Shown: positions 38,535 to 48,339, counted from the stretch's first letter. The stretch is DNA of 64,000 bases from an uncultured Lachnobacterium sp. (GCA_900550545.1 URSS01000004.1:52644-116643); one strand, 5' to 3'. Numbers and translations are program-made. The notes: generated from the sequence alone by a model not told the origin.

Positions 38535-41288
38535 TTAATCTTCAAATACAGGAATACTCTTACGATATCGTAATGTAATATTGTCAATCTCAAGTCCTGT
38601 TGCTCCAAAATAAATTTTAATATAGTGACACGATCCAAATACTGTTCCAAATGCTCTCTTATCCGTAAACCATTCTCCCTCCGATCCACGGAAAGAAATC
38701 ATCTCTTTGAATACGTTATCGTAATACAATGTGATCGGCAACTGTGACAGTTCTCCCAATGGCGAACGGGCAGTAATCTCAATGTCATACTCTGCACTCT
38801 CTGCATTGATGCCGAATACAATCGTTGCCCCCATCTGGGTATCCCAGTCTTTTCCCGGAATATAAACATCACCGTTTGCATCCGACTCATAGTAAATGAT
38901 GTCATCGATTGCCGCATCTTCCTCGGTATCACCCTTGCGATCTTCTAACTCTTCATCGGATATCATATCCATTTCATAGAGCATGGCCGGAGATTTCAAA
39001 ATAAATCCGAGAATATTTCTGGCGTTTCTCTGCAACTGTCCGCGGGTGATACGCCCATCCGCCAAAGCTTCTATCAGATTATCCTGTGTCTGATCGGAAG
39101 CATCGGAAGTAACCATATACAAATCATTCTGTGCCATTACCATCGCCGCATGATTCTTCATGTTCGATGGCTCACCCTCGGTGTTTGCTGCTGCCCACCA
39201 GTCACTCATTACAATTCCTTCAAAGCCCCAGTCTTTGCGTAGCACAATCGTATTTAAATCATAGTTTCCTGCTGTCCACAGACCATTTATCGGTCCATAT
39301 GTAGTCATCACGGAACGCGCCTTACCCTCTTTAATAGAAATCTCATAGCCTTTGAAATAAATTTCACGAAGGGCCCGTACGGATACTACAGCCTCAACTT
39401 CACGTCGATGTGCCTCCTGATTGTTGGTAGAAAAATGCTTGATTGTTCCAGTCGAACCTACAATGCCAAGTCCAATGATCTGTACTGCCCCCATCTTTCC
39501 GGTAAGGAGTGGATCTTCAGAAATATATTCAAAATTTCTTCCATTCAACGGGCTTCTGTGAATATTTAATCCCGGTCCCAACAGCGCATCCACACGATTC
39601 TTGCGTAGTTCAAGTCCCGTCATCTCGTATAACTTTTCTACCAGTTCCAGATGAAACGTACATCCCAGGGATGTTCCGTTTGGCAGTGAAAATGCTTTCG
39701 TTCCACAATCCAGCCGGAGTCCGGAAGGTCCATCGGTCGTACATGCCGCCGGAATACCAAACCCACGAAGAGACTCTGTCAATCCTCCAAACGCCGAACC
39801 AGTTCCCGGCGTAACCTTCGGGCTGCACATTCCCTCACCACGGAAAAGCATCATAAGATCTTCATTCGACAACTGTGCAATAAATTCGTCCATGGTAATC
39901 TTATCGTGGTACACATCTGCAAGTTTGTATCCCCTGTCACCGGTATATGCGATCGCCGGAATTTCTTCTATGCGGTCATACGGACCAACTGTGCGTTTAG
40001 GTACCTGTGTATAAGTAATGCTTCCATCCTTTGCGCGTGTCATACGCTCATAAGATTCTGTCGGAGCACACACCTCTTCCAACTCCTCAATTACCAGAAG
40101 CTCCTGCACATATTCTGCCACACGCTCCGCGCTGCGGACATCTGCGCCGACATAGATTCCATACTTTCCAGCCTCTAGCAAAAAGCAATCCTTATGTCCG
40201 GTTGCTCCGGTATCATCGTATGAAGCATAGGTTGATTTTGGAATCGTAATCGTAACCGTCTGCATCTCCCCCGGTGCCAGTTCCTTTGTCTTGGCAAATC
40301 CGGCAAGCACTCGCGCCGGCTTGTCCAAAGCCACCTGCGGTGCTTCAATATACACCTGAACAACCTCTTTTCCAGCCAGGTCTCCAGTATTCTTAACGGT
40401 TGTTTTTAATTCAATGGAATCTTTCTGCTCTGCAAATACAGATTCCATGGAAAATGTCGTATAAGAAAGTCCATATCCGAACGGATAGATAACCTTATCT
40501 TTTGCAAAAGTTTCAAAATAACGATATCCTACATAGATGTCTTCTTTGTAATAATTGCACTTCGCGTCTCCAAAATTTGCTGTACACGGATAGTCTTCAA
40601 TATTCTCTGCTATCGTATCCGTAAGCTTTCCGCATGGATTCACACGGCCGGTGATTACATCACATACACCATTTCCGCCTTCCTGCCCTCCCTGCCATGC
40701 ATAAAGCACAGCGGACGGTTGTAATTCTTCTGCCCACTTCATATCAATGATGTTTCCGACATTGAGAATCACTGCGGTGCGTTTAAATTTTCTGCTTACC
40801 TTTGCAATCATCTCCCTCTCAACATCCGTCAAAAGGTAACTGCCCGCTTCATTGGCATTGTCCTGATCCTCTCCCGCAGTCCGGCCAATGATGACAAGTG
40901 CAATATCATCATCTTCTGCCACGGTCAATGCATCATCCACCGGCATCTCTTCCTGCGACCATGGCACAAGTCCCCAGCCTGCTCCGGCATCATACGGATG
41001 CTCCTTGATCCAGTCCTCATACACCTGTAATACCTTCTCATCCAGCGAAATATCGCTTTCCTTCTTCAGTGCATCAAGAATGCCAACCACATATCTGGTG
41101 TTTACCAGCCCGCCAGATCCCAGACCACTTTTGTAATAGTGAAAGGCCATCCGTCCAAAGACTGCCACCTTATCTCCCTTACGCAAAGGAAGTGTCTGAT
41201 TTTCATTTTTAACCAGCACACAGCCTTCTGCCACGGCCTGTCTTGCCAGTGCCGCATACCTCTCACTATCTACTGCATATTTCCCCAT
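38535..41288 (-). CDS. Glycoside hydrolase family 3 beta-glucosidase, domain-permuted (917 aa)
   Basis: N-terminus resembles the GH3 alpha/beta-sandwich domain (CVLVKNENQTLPL); the nucleophile region GIVMSDWWAA lies in the C-terminal half; cytoplasmic (no signal peptide). Confidence 0.75.
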   Translation of the reverse strand: MGKYAVDSERYAALARQAVAEGCVLVKNENQTLPLRKGDKVAVFGRMAFHYYKSGLGSGGLVNTRYVVGILDALKKESDISLDEKVLQVYEDWIKEHPYDAGAGWGLVPWSQEEMPVDDALTVAEDDDIALVIIGRTAGEDQDNANEAGSYLLTDVEREMIAKVSRKFKRTAVILNVGNIIDMKWAEELQPSAVLYAWQGGQEGGNGVCDVITGRVNPCGKLTDTIAENIEDYPCTANFGDAKCNYYKEDIYVGYRYFETFAKDKVIYPFGYGLSYTTFSMESVFAEQKDSIELKTTVKNTGDLAGKEVVQVYIEAPQVALDKPARVLAGFAKTKELAPGEMQTVTITIPKSTYASYDDTGATGHKDCFLLEAGKYGIYVGADVRSAERVAEYVQELLVIEELEEVCAPTESYERMTRAKDGSITYTQVPKRTVGPYDRIEEIPAIAYTGDRGYKLADVYHDKITMDEFIAQLSNEDLMMLFRGEGMCSPKVTPGTGSAFGGLTESLRGFGIPAACTTDGPSGLRLDCGTKAFSLPNGTSLGCTFHLELVEKLYEMTGLELRKNRVDALLGPGLNIHRSPLNGRNFEYISEDPLLTGKMGAVQIIGLGIVGSTGTIKHFSTNNQEAHRREVEAVVSVRALREIYFKGYEISIKEGKARSVMTTYGPINGLWTAGNYDLNTIVLRKDWGFEGIVMSDWWAAANTEGEPSNMKNHAAMVMAQNDLYMVTSDASDQTQDNLIEALADGRITRGQLQRNARNILGFILKSPAMLYEMDMISDEELEDRKGDTEEDAAIDDIIYYESDANGDVYIPGKDWDTQMGATIVFGINAESAEYDIEITARSPLGELSQLPITLYYDNVFKEMISFRGSEGEWFTDKRAFGTVFGSCHYIKIYFGATGLEIDNITLRYRKSIPVFED

Positions 41289-41354
41289 AATATACCTCTC
41301 TTTTTAATACAAATATCAGTCCATGCAATATCTTCATAAATTATAGCAAAAACA

Positions 41355-41390
41355 ATATAAAAAATGAAGTGGATTTTATCCACTTCACTC
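41355..41390 (-). terminator. Hairpin terminator after the 63-aa ORF (bidirectional context)
   Basis: GAAGTGGAT-ttt-ATCCACTTC (41366-41386) with A/T runs on both sides. Confidence 0.55.
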
Positions 41391-41392
41391 TC

Positions 41393-41584
41393 TTATTTTC
41401 CTCTTCCAATTTCTGCAATACTATTCACAAACTGCTGCATTTCTTCCTTGGAACCAATGCCCCGCGCCGCATCTATAACCTGCTTCTTTTCATCTTCCTC
41501 TAATGACGAAAAACCGCGCATCGCATTCTCATTCATCGCAAGTCCGAATCCCAGTCCCAACGGAAGTCCATCTTCTTTTACCAT
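41393..41584 (-). CDS. Small acidic hypothetical protein (63 aa)
   Basis: RBS GGAGG 6 nt upstream of the ATG; own terminator downstream; 10-bp IR hairpin CTTGATCTTG/CAAGATCAAG (41597-41652) immediately 5' of the RBS. Confidence 0.4.
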   Translation of the reverse strand: MVKEDGLPLGLGFGLAMNENAMRGFSSLEEDEKKQVIDAARGIGSKEEMQQFVNSIAEIGRGK

Positions 41585-41710
41585 ACACTGCCTCCTTGAT
41601 CTTGCCTATCGCTTATTAAAAACGCCTTATCACTTACAAGATCAAGTATGCGCAGTTTATTCTTTTTTATTCTTTGTGTGCTGTAAGCAACGCCCAATGT
41701 GTTCTCTTAT

Positions 41711-42073
41711 TTATTGAAGTTCACGAATAGAAGAAACCGTCACGTCATAGTCAGACTCTAACTTTTCCATCATCTCCGGTGTTACATCATTTTTTCCGTT
41801 TCGTAATACCTCTGTCACATCATAGCTGGATTTGTACAGGCGATCCAGTCCCAAATTCTGACATACACCTTTTAAGGTATGGGCTGCACGAAATGCTTCT
41901 TCGAGATTCTGTGCTTCAAGATTTTTTATAATATTTGCATAGCTCTCATCTGCGAGAAATTTAATCAGAAACTTCTCAATCAATGCATCATTCTGTAAAC
42001 GATCTTTTACGGATGCATAATCGCTATCCATGTTCTTGTATACCTGCTCAACTGTCATTGTTTTCTCCATCAT
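41711..42073 (-). CDS. Hpt (histidine phosphotransfer) single-domain protein
   Basis: AAHTLKGVCQNLGL matches the Hpt phospho-His motif (AHxLKG...G); 120 aa, all-helical. Confidence 0.6.
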   Translation of the reverse strand: MMEKTMTVEQVYKNMDSDYASVKDRLQNDALIEKFLIKFLADESYANIIKNLEAQNLEEAFRAAHTLKGVCQNLGLDRLYKSSYDVTEVLRNGKNDVTPEMMEKLESDYDVTVSSIRELQ

Positions 42074-42126
42074 TATATAGTTTGTAAAGATATATTTATT
42101 ATATCTTTACAAATGTTTTCTGTCAA

Positions 42127-42645
42127 TTAAACTATACAAAACATACCTAAAATCCAGTAAATAAGGCCCAGTACCCAACTCGAAAAAATACCATACAAAA
42201 TTACAGGCCCTGCTATTTTAAAAATCTGGCATCCAATTCCAAATACCTGACCTTCCTTCTGAAATTCGACCGCCGATGCACAGACACCATTGGCAAATCC
42301 AGTAATTGGGACCAAAGCCCCGGCGCCTCCCCAGTTTGCCAGAAGCCCATAGACATTAAAACTCGTAAGAATTACCGAAAGCAATACCAATATCAGGCTG
42401 CACCACAACGCCGCGTCATCCTGCTTTGCTCCAAACACGCCCATTGCAATGTTTAAAATGATCTGTCCCAAAAGGCAGATTACACCTCCCATCACAAAGG
42501 CTTTCCCCATATTTGTCAACAGATTATGGGTAGGTGTCACCTGTTTGACATATGCATTGTACTGTTCATTTCGTTCCTGTTGCTTCTGATCCATTTGTTG
42601 CTGTTTTTGATTCATTCTCTGCTCCTTCCGCAACGACATCTGCAA
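42127..42645 (-). CDS. spoVAC: Stage V sporulation protein AC (SpoVAC/SpoVAEB family) with Q-rich N-terminal extension
   Basis: ...MGKAFVMGGVICLLGQ...GGAGALVPITGFANG... family signature. Confidence 0.7.
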   Translation of the reverse strand: MQMSLRKEQRMNQKQQQMDQKQQERNEQYNAYVKQVTPTHNLLTNMGKAFVMGGVICLLGQIILNIAMGVFGAKQDDAALWCSLILVLLSVILTSFNVYGLLANWGGAGALVPITGFANGVCASAVEFQKEGQVFGIGCQIFKIAGPVILYGIFSSWVLGLIYWILGMFCIV

Positions 42646-42664
42646 AGAAACGGATCAAATCGCT

Positions 42665-43006
42665 TTACATAGTTGGATGAAAGCTCGTTTTTACCTGCCA
42701 CAGATCCGGCTCCTGCTCGCCCCATGCGAACAGTTCCTTCATCTGCTCATCATGCTCTGGAAGTGGTTCATATCCTTTGACCATCTTAATCAGATATGCT
42801 TCCTTTTCATCCTTTGGCGAAAGCGTGTCCACAACACTCAACAGGTATTCTGATAACGCCTCCGGTTCCATATCTGCATCTGCCGATACATTAAATAATT
42901 TTTTTAAAAGTCCTGCGATATAATAAAATTCATAATTGCCAAGCAATACCGATTTTTGCATATTGCATTTTAAAATTACGCTCTGACGTGCAATGGATGT
43001 TACCAT
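42665..43006 (-). CDS. Hypothetical protein (113 aa) inside the spoVA cluster
   Basis: Complete ORF with no recognisable motif; placed by context only. Confidence 0.35.
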   Translation of the reverse strand: MVTSIARQSVILKCNMQKSVLLGNYEFYYIAGLLKKLFNVSADADMEPEALSEYLLSVVDTLSPKDEKEAYLIKMVKGYEPLPEHDEQMKELFAWGEQEPDLWQVKTSFHPTM

Positions 43007-43075
43007 AAATATTTCCTCTTTTCCTTTCTCTTTTGTATGTTCTACTGTCTGTTATTGTACCACAATCCATACGCT

Positions 43076-43573
43076 TTACCAGTACTTTGGCAGGCCATAC
43101 CCACAGAAAAAGTAATACATCGAACCAGCCAGTTTTCCAAATGCCATGGCAATCATGACCCAGCTCAATCCCCGGTTGATATACAGCCGTCGAAACAAAA
43201 TCGGAAATGTATTTAAAATTTCCGCCAGAGCCACTGCGATGCAGCCAACAAAGATTCCAGCTGCCAAACCATAGATGGCAATCATCACATGCGCCATCCA
43301 AGAAATCGGAAAACGCGCTTTCCACTCAAAAACAGAAAATATCGCTCCAACCATTACGCCGAAAACAATGCTGTTCTCAATCTCGAAAATATGATTTCCC
43401 ATATTATTTTTTTTGATCATACGCGGAACTACACCAATGACCAGAATGAAGGCAAATGTTCCGGCAGACACAGCAATTCCACAGGCAATTGCAAGCAGGC
43501 CTATCAGTATGTGGCTAATTAACATCATGCTCATGTCCTTTCCGCCCTGCATTCTCAATAAAGGTGGTATCAA
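43076..43573 (-). CDS. spoVAB: Stage V sporulation protein AB
   Basis: Membrane protein; ...GIFVGCIAVALAEILNTFPILFRR... resembles SpoVAB. Confidence 0.6.
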   Translation of the reverse strand: MIPPLLRMQGGKDMSMMLISHILIGLLAIACGIAVSAGTFAFILVIGVVPRMIKKNNMGNHIFEIENSIVFGVMVGAIFSVFEWKARFPISWMAHVMIAIYGLAAGIFVGCIAVALAEILNTFPILFRRLYINRGLSWVMIAMAFGKLAGSMYYFFCGYGLPKYW

Positions 43574-44168
43574 TGTCTTTTTCGTACTTACGCATTTCTA
43601 CCTGAATCGGTGTCGGATCTGATGTAATTTTCTTTTTGCCAATATGATTAAAGAACACCAGAATTCCAACTGCCAGACCAAGTCCATAACAGATTTCAAT
43701 TTCTGACACAGTCGGTTTTTTCTGCCCGATCACCTGTCCATAGAACCGATCAAACACTTCCCCGATGGAAATGTCATTGTTAAACGCCATAATTGTAAAT
43801 GCAGATCCTAAAAAAATGGTAATGCACAACAATGTCACTTTGAAATACTCTCTCCATTTTGGTGCGATTGGAGATGCGATATATTCCACAACAAAATCCT
43901 GTTCTCCATAACTTACAACCTCCACATTTGGATAATCCTGCTGAATCAGATCAATCACATTCAATATGGAAAATACCTCGATGCGCTTCTTTTTCTTTCC
44001 GACATCCTTTTTAAAGGTATATAGTGTTTTATTCTTTACACCGGCGGCAATGGCTGGATCACTGCATTGTACCGACATCACATCCATGATTTTTATCTGC
44101 GGTTCGTAGCAGACACTGTTCATATCTGCTTTCACATATACCGTTTCATGCTTTTCCTTCATATTCAC
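43515..44168 (-). CDS. spoVAA: Stage V sporulation protein AA
   Basis: 217 aa; size, position upstream of spoVAB and TM C-terminal half fit SpoVAA; overlaps spoVAB by 59 nt. Confidence 0.5.
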   Translation of the reverse strand: MNMKEKHETVYVKADMNSVCYEPQIKIMDVMSVQCSDPAIAAGVKNKTLYTFKKDVGKKKKRIEVFSILNVIDLIQQDYPNVEVVSYGEQDFVVEYIASPIAPKWREYFKVTLLCITIFLGSAFTIMAFNNDISIGEVFDRFYGQVIGQKKPTVSEIEICYGLGLAVGILVFFNHIGKKKITSDPTPIQVEMRKYEKDIDTTFIENAGRKGHEHDVN

Positions 44169-44454
44169 AATTGCTCTTTACAAGCGTTCCTTCCTTCGGC
44201 GTTGCATTTTTGCTGCAGGACAGCATATACCAGCCTGCCAGTGCGATGATAACGACAAGGGCGATGCCCAATATGATACGGTAGCAGCGTACACCATTAC
44301 CTGTGTGTTTCTTTTTGCTTTGTTGTTCCATGCGCGCCTCCTTTTCTTCTGTGCTAGTATGTACCTTTTTTTACGCATTATTCCAAATTTTCAAAGTATG
44401 CCAAAAGATGATTGACAGGTTCTCCTTTTGGACATACATTAAGAGTAGATGTGA

Positions 44455-44935
44455 GGTATCAAAGTTCGTGTTGCCGCTGCTCTGCGTGGGTGCTCTTCTT
44501 TTCAGGTTAGTTATCCAGAATTTGAATTTTCAAAAAATTCCCCACTGACTCCTTTTATGATTTCCGTCCGTTCAAGTTTCGACAAGGCACAGTCACTGTC
44601 CGTCTCTCACAGATGACGTCTGAAGTATTTTGTGACGGTCTTAGTGATGGGGTAAAGAATACCGTGCCCACGGGTCGCATTTGCGCCCTCGTTCTACCAT
44701 AGGCATATGAAGTTTTACGGTGGGCGACACAATGGAGAGTGGGCACAATAAAATTTCTGAACCCCACCACTTAGACCGGCTAAAAATGCTGAACGCATCT
44801 GTGAGAGACGGACAGTGACTGTGCCTTGTCGAAACGCGAGCCGGACAGAAAATTTGAGTCAGTGGGAAACTTCATGAAAATATCAAAATTCTGTCTAAAA
44901 CCACCTGAAAAAAAGAGCACCCACGCAGAGCAAGG
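44455..44935. repeat. Approximately 480-bp palindromic element: 40-bp perfect inverted repeats (44578-44617 / 44798-44837) nested in ~120-bp imperfect arms around a ~180-bp core
   Basis: The exact reverse-complement match was verified by eye. Outer blocks ctgctctgcgtgggtgctctt / aagagcacccacgcagagca and cccactgactc / gagtcagtggg. Core has nested pairs gtgcccac (44664) / gtgggcac (44739) and ggtggg (44719) / cccacc (44763). Confidence 0.9.
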
Positions 44936-44994
44936 AAACAACAACTTTGAAGGGCCTCCGACAACCAAGTATTATGTGAAAGGAACTGCATTCT

Positions 44995-45774
44995 ATGGTG
45001 CAAACGAAAGAAATTATGACACTTGCCGTAGAAATCGGTGACATCATGCTGCGAAGCGGCGCCGAACTCTACCGCGTGGAAGACTCTCTCATACGAATAC
45101 TCGAAGCATACGGCATCGAAGACTTTGACGTGTATGTTCTCTCGAATGGTATCTTTGCCAGCGCCAACGAAAGCCGCGACGATGCCTGCAGTATGATCCG
45201 GCATGTGCCGCTCTCTGGTGTAAATCTCAGTAAAGTGGCAGCTTTAAATCAGCTGACAAGAGACATCTGCGATCACACCTGTTCCATCGCTGAAGCAAAT
45301 GTACGGCTGGCAGAGTGCAAAAAGCTCCCGCCTTATCCGAGGCCTCTGCTTATCGGTGGATGCGCGATTGCCTGCGGATGCCTCTGTTATCTCTTTGGCG
45401 GTACCCATGTGCTCGACATGCTTTTTGCCACGATCATCGGGGGACTCGAGGAAGCGTTTCTCCTTGCGTGCCAGAAGCACCGCATTACGCGTTTTCTCAC
45501 GACCATCTATGCAAGTATTTTTGTGGCAGTACTGACCATTCTTGTTTTTATGACCGGACTTCCGATTCATTATGACAAGATCATTATCGGTGATATCATG
45601 CCACTTGTTCCGGGAATTGTTTTTACGACTTCGATCCGCGATTTTTATAACAGTGATTATCTGTCCGGAACGATTCATCTCATTGATGCACTGCTCACGG
45701 CACTGTGTATTGCAGTAGGTGTTGGTCTTCCGATTATTCTGTTCCGCTACATGGGAGGAGGTTTTCCTTTATGA
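44995..45774 (+). CDS. Threonine/serine exporter family protein (ThrE, DUF1212 half)
   Basis: 259 aa, membrane; N-terminal soluble region then TM segments typical of the ThrE family. Confidence 0.65.
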   Translation: MVQTKEIMTLAVEIGDIMLRSGAELYRVEDSLIRILEAYGIEDFDVYVLSNGIFASANESRDDACSMIRHVPLSGVNLSKVAALNQLTRDICDHTCSIAEANVRLAECKKLPPYPRPLLIGGCAIACGCLCYLFGGTHVLDMLFATIIGGLEEAFLLACQKHRITRFLTTIYASIFVAVLTILVFMTGLPIHYDKIIIGDIMPLVPGIVFTTSIRDFYNSDYLSGTIHLIDALLTALCIAVGVGLPIILFRYMGGGFPL

Positions 45775-46211
45775 CATATGTGATTCAATTTGTGTTCGCA
45801 ATGATTGCAACGATTGCTTTTGCGCTTTTGTTCTGCGCCCCTAAAAAAGAACTCGTTTTCTGTGGATTATCCGGCGCACTCGGCTGGATCGTATACTATA
45901 TTCTCATTCAGCTAAATGGCAATGTGGTACTCGCCTCTTTGGTTGCCACTTTTATTCTGGCCGTTTTTTCAAGGACCATGGCTGTCGTGCGGCGCAATCC
46001 TGCCACGGTATATCTATTATGTGGAATTTTCCCTTTGGTACCTGGCGCCGGCATTTATTATACTGCGTACTATCTGATCACAAATGAAAGCTCGCTTTTT
46101 TCCGCAAAGGGACTTGAAACATTTGAAATTGCTTTGTCGATTGTATTTGGAATTATTTTTGGATTTGCAATTCCGGAAGCGCTTTTTCACCGCTCCCGGA
46201 ATCAGAAATAG
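45771..46211 (+). CDS. Threonine/serine exporter family protein (DUF3815 half)
   Basis: Start MTYVIQF overlaps the upstream stop (ATGA); 146-aa 4-TM protein. Confidence 0.6.
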   Translation: MTYVIQFVFAMIATIAFALLFCAPKKELVFCGLSGALGWIVYYILIQLNGNVVLASLVATFILAVFSRTMAVVRRNPATVYLLCGIFPLVPGAGIYYTAYYLITNESSLFSAKGLETFEIALSIVFGIIFGFAIPEALFHRSRNQK

Positions 46212-46216
46212 AAATC

Positions 46217-47508
46217 TTATTGGATTGCATCAAGTGCATTGGAAATATCTGCAATCAGATCTTCCTTGTCCTCAAGACCAAGGCTGATTCGAATCAGTTC
46301 TGCAGGTACACCTGCTTCCTTAAGCTGTTCGTCATTCAACTGTCTGTGTGTTGATGTGGCCGGGTTGAGGCAGCAGGTTCTTGCATCTGCTACATGTGTC
46401 TCGATTGCGCCCAATTTCAGTGTCTTCATAAAAGTAGAAGCCGCTTCACGTCCGCCCTTTAATCCAAAGGAAACGACACCACATCCGCCATTCGGCAGAT
46501 ATTTCTGTGCTCTCTTATAATATTTATTGGATGGCAGTCCGGAATAATTGACATAGGCAACTTTTGGATGACTTTCCAAAAATTCAGCCACAGCCTGTCC
46601 ATTTTCTACATGTTTTGGCATACGCACATGCAAAGATTCCAAACCAAGATTGAGAATAAAGGCATTGTGTGGTGACTGCATAGAACCAAAATCACGCATC
46701 AGCTGCGAGGTACACTTCGTAATAAAAGCTCCTTCTTTTCCAAATTTTTCTGCATAGGTAATTCCATGATAGCTCTCATCCGGTGTACAAAGTCCCGGAT
46801 ACTTGTCTGCATGTGCCATCCAGTCAAATTTACCGCTATCTACGATTGCTCCACCTAACGCAGCACCATGTCCATCCATGTACTTTGTCGTAGAATGTGT
46901 AACAATATCTGCGCCCCATTCGAATGGACGGCAGTTTACCGGTGTCGGGAATGTGTTATCCACGATCAGCGGTACTCCATGCTCATGTGCCACTTTTGCA
47001 AAAAGTTCAATATCCAGAACGGTCAGTGCCGGGTTTGCAATCGTCTCACCAAACATCAGCTTGGTATTCGGCCGAAATGCCGCATTGAGCTCTTCTTCCG
47101 TTGCATCCGGTGATACGAACGTTGCTGTAATTCCCATTTTTGCCATCGTTACAGCGATCAGGTTAAAAGTGCCTCCATAAATAGAGGAAGATGCTACGAT
47201 ATGATCTCCACATTCACAAATGTTAAACATGGCAAAGAAATTTGCAGCCTGTCCGGATGAGGTAAGCATAGCTGCGGTACCACCTTCCATCTCTGCAATC
47301 TTTGCTGCCACAAGGTCGTTTGTAGGATTCTGCAGACGGCTGTAAAAATATCCTTCTGCCTCTAAATCAAACAATTTTCCCATATCTTCGCTTGTGCTGT
47401 ATTTAAAAGTTGTAGACTGTACAATCGGAATCTGTCTCGGTTCCCCATTTCCCGGTGTATACCCTGCCTGTACACATTTCGTCCCCATTCTATATTCGCT
47501 CATTTTAT
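46217..47508 (-). CDS. metY: O-acetylhomoserine aminocarboxypropyltransferase (sulfhydrylase)
   Basis: Start MSEYRMGTKCVQAGY with RBS GGAGA; PLP-dependent Cys/Met-metabolism fold; 430 aa. Confidence 0.85.
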
Positions 47509-47602
47509 TTTCTCCTTTCGTCTTCGGATTCCACTTTCCATATGAATCCCATAGGATTATAGTAGCATTTCTGTATCTTATTTGCAATAAAAGGATTTTT
47601 CT

Positions 47603-47650
47603 GTATAGTAAAAAGACTGTAAAAACAAAATTGTTCCTACAGTCTTTTCA
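47603..47650 (-). terminator. Terminator of the small alarmone synthetase gene
   Basis: AAGACTGTA...TACAGTCTT hairpin with inner AACAA/TTGTT pairs, followed by a T-run on the minus strand. Confidence 0.65.
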
Positions 47651-47655
47651 TATCC

Positions 47656-48339
47656 TTATTTACTTTCTTCTGAAGCCTCACTCTGAAGTTTCTTTTCTTC
47701 CTCCATCTTTGCCTTTTCCTCAAGAATTGCCGTATTCAGCTGAAGCATCTTTGCATCCAGATTCGATACGATTTCTGCACATTCCCTCAAATCACGACTG
47801 ATATAATCCGGCGCATTTCCCTCGAATTTGTAATAAATTTTATGTTCAAGGCTTGCCCAGAAATCCATAGCAATGGTCCGGATCTGAATTTCCACCATCG
47901 TATCTACTACACGATCCGATAAAAAGATCGGCAGCGATACCTGCATGTGAAAACTTTTATATCCGCTGGCCTTCGGGTGCTTGATGTAATCCTTAATGGA
48001 TACGACGGTCAGGTCGTTCTGCTTTCCGATCATCTCAGCTAGACGATAGATATCCGAGGTAAATGAACATACGATGCGGATTCCCGCGATATCTTTAATG
48101 TACTTAACCATATTTTCAATTGTGACTTCATAATTGTCACGTTTGAGTTTCTTAACGATACTCTCTGGTGTCTTAATACGCTTCTTAATGTATTCTATCG
48201 GATTATACTTATGTATGTGTACAAACTCATCGTTGAGAATATCCAGCTTCGTGCCAACTTCCTTCAAGGCGGAATTGTACAAAAACATGGCAGTCTCCCA
48301 ACTGTCGATGTCTTCATTCATAATCTGTGTTGTATCCAT
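47656..48339 (-). CDS. Small alarmone synthetase (RelA/SpoT-domain GTP pyrophosphokinase, RelQ/RelP-like)
   Basis: 227 aa; ...GIRIVCSF...YKSFHMQVSL...EIQIRTIAMDFWASLEHKIYYK synthetase-domain motifs. Confidence 0.85.
   Translation of the reverse strand: MDTTQIMNEDIDSWETAMFLYNSALKEVGTKLDILNDEFVHIHKYNPIEYIKKRIKTPESIVKKLKRDNYEVTIENMVKYIKDIAGIRIVCSFTSDIYRLAEMIGKQNDLTVVSIKDYIKHPKASGYKSFHMQVSLPIFLSDRVVDTMVEIQIRTIAMDFWASLEHKIYYKFEGNAPDYISRDLRECAEIVSNLDAKMLQLNTAILEEKAKMEEEKKLQSEASEESK

Noticed and set aside
44455-44935. Palindromic element as CRISPR array, RNase P RNA, tmRNA or 6S RNA
   Set aside because: No repeat-spacer periodicity (it is a single nested palindrome). No RNase P P4 motifs, no tmRNA tag ORF or 3' tRNA-like end. 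Too long and too perfectly paired for 6S.
47509-47602. SAM (S-box) riboswitch upstream of metY
   Set aside because: The leader between the candidate promoter and the ATG is only about 55 nt, and no S-box conserved blocks are present.
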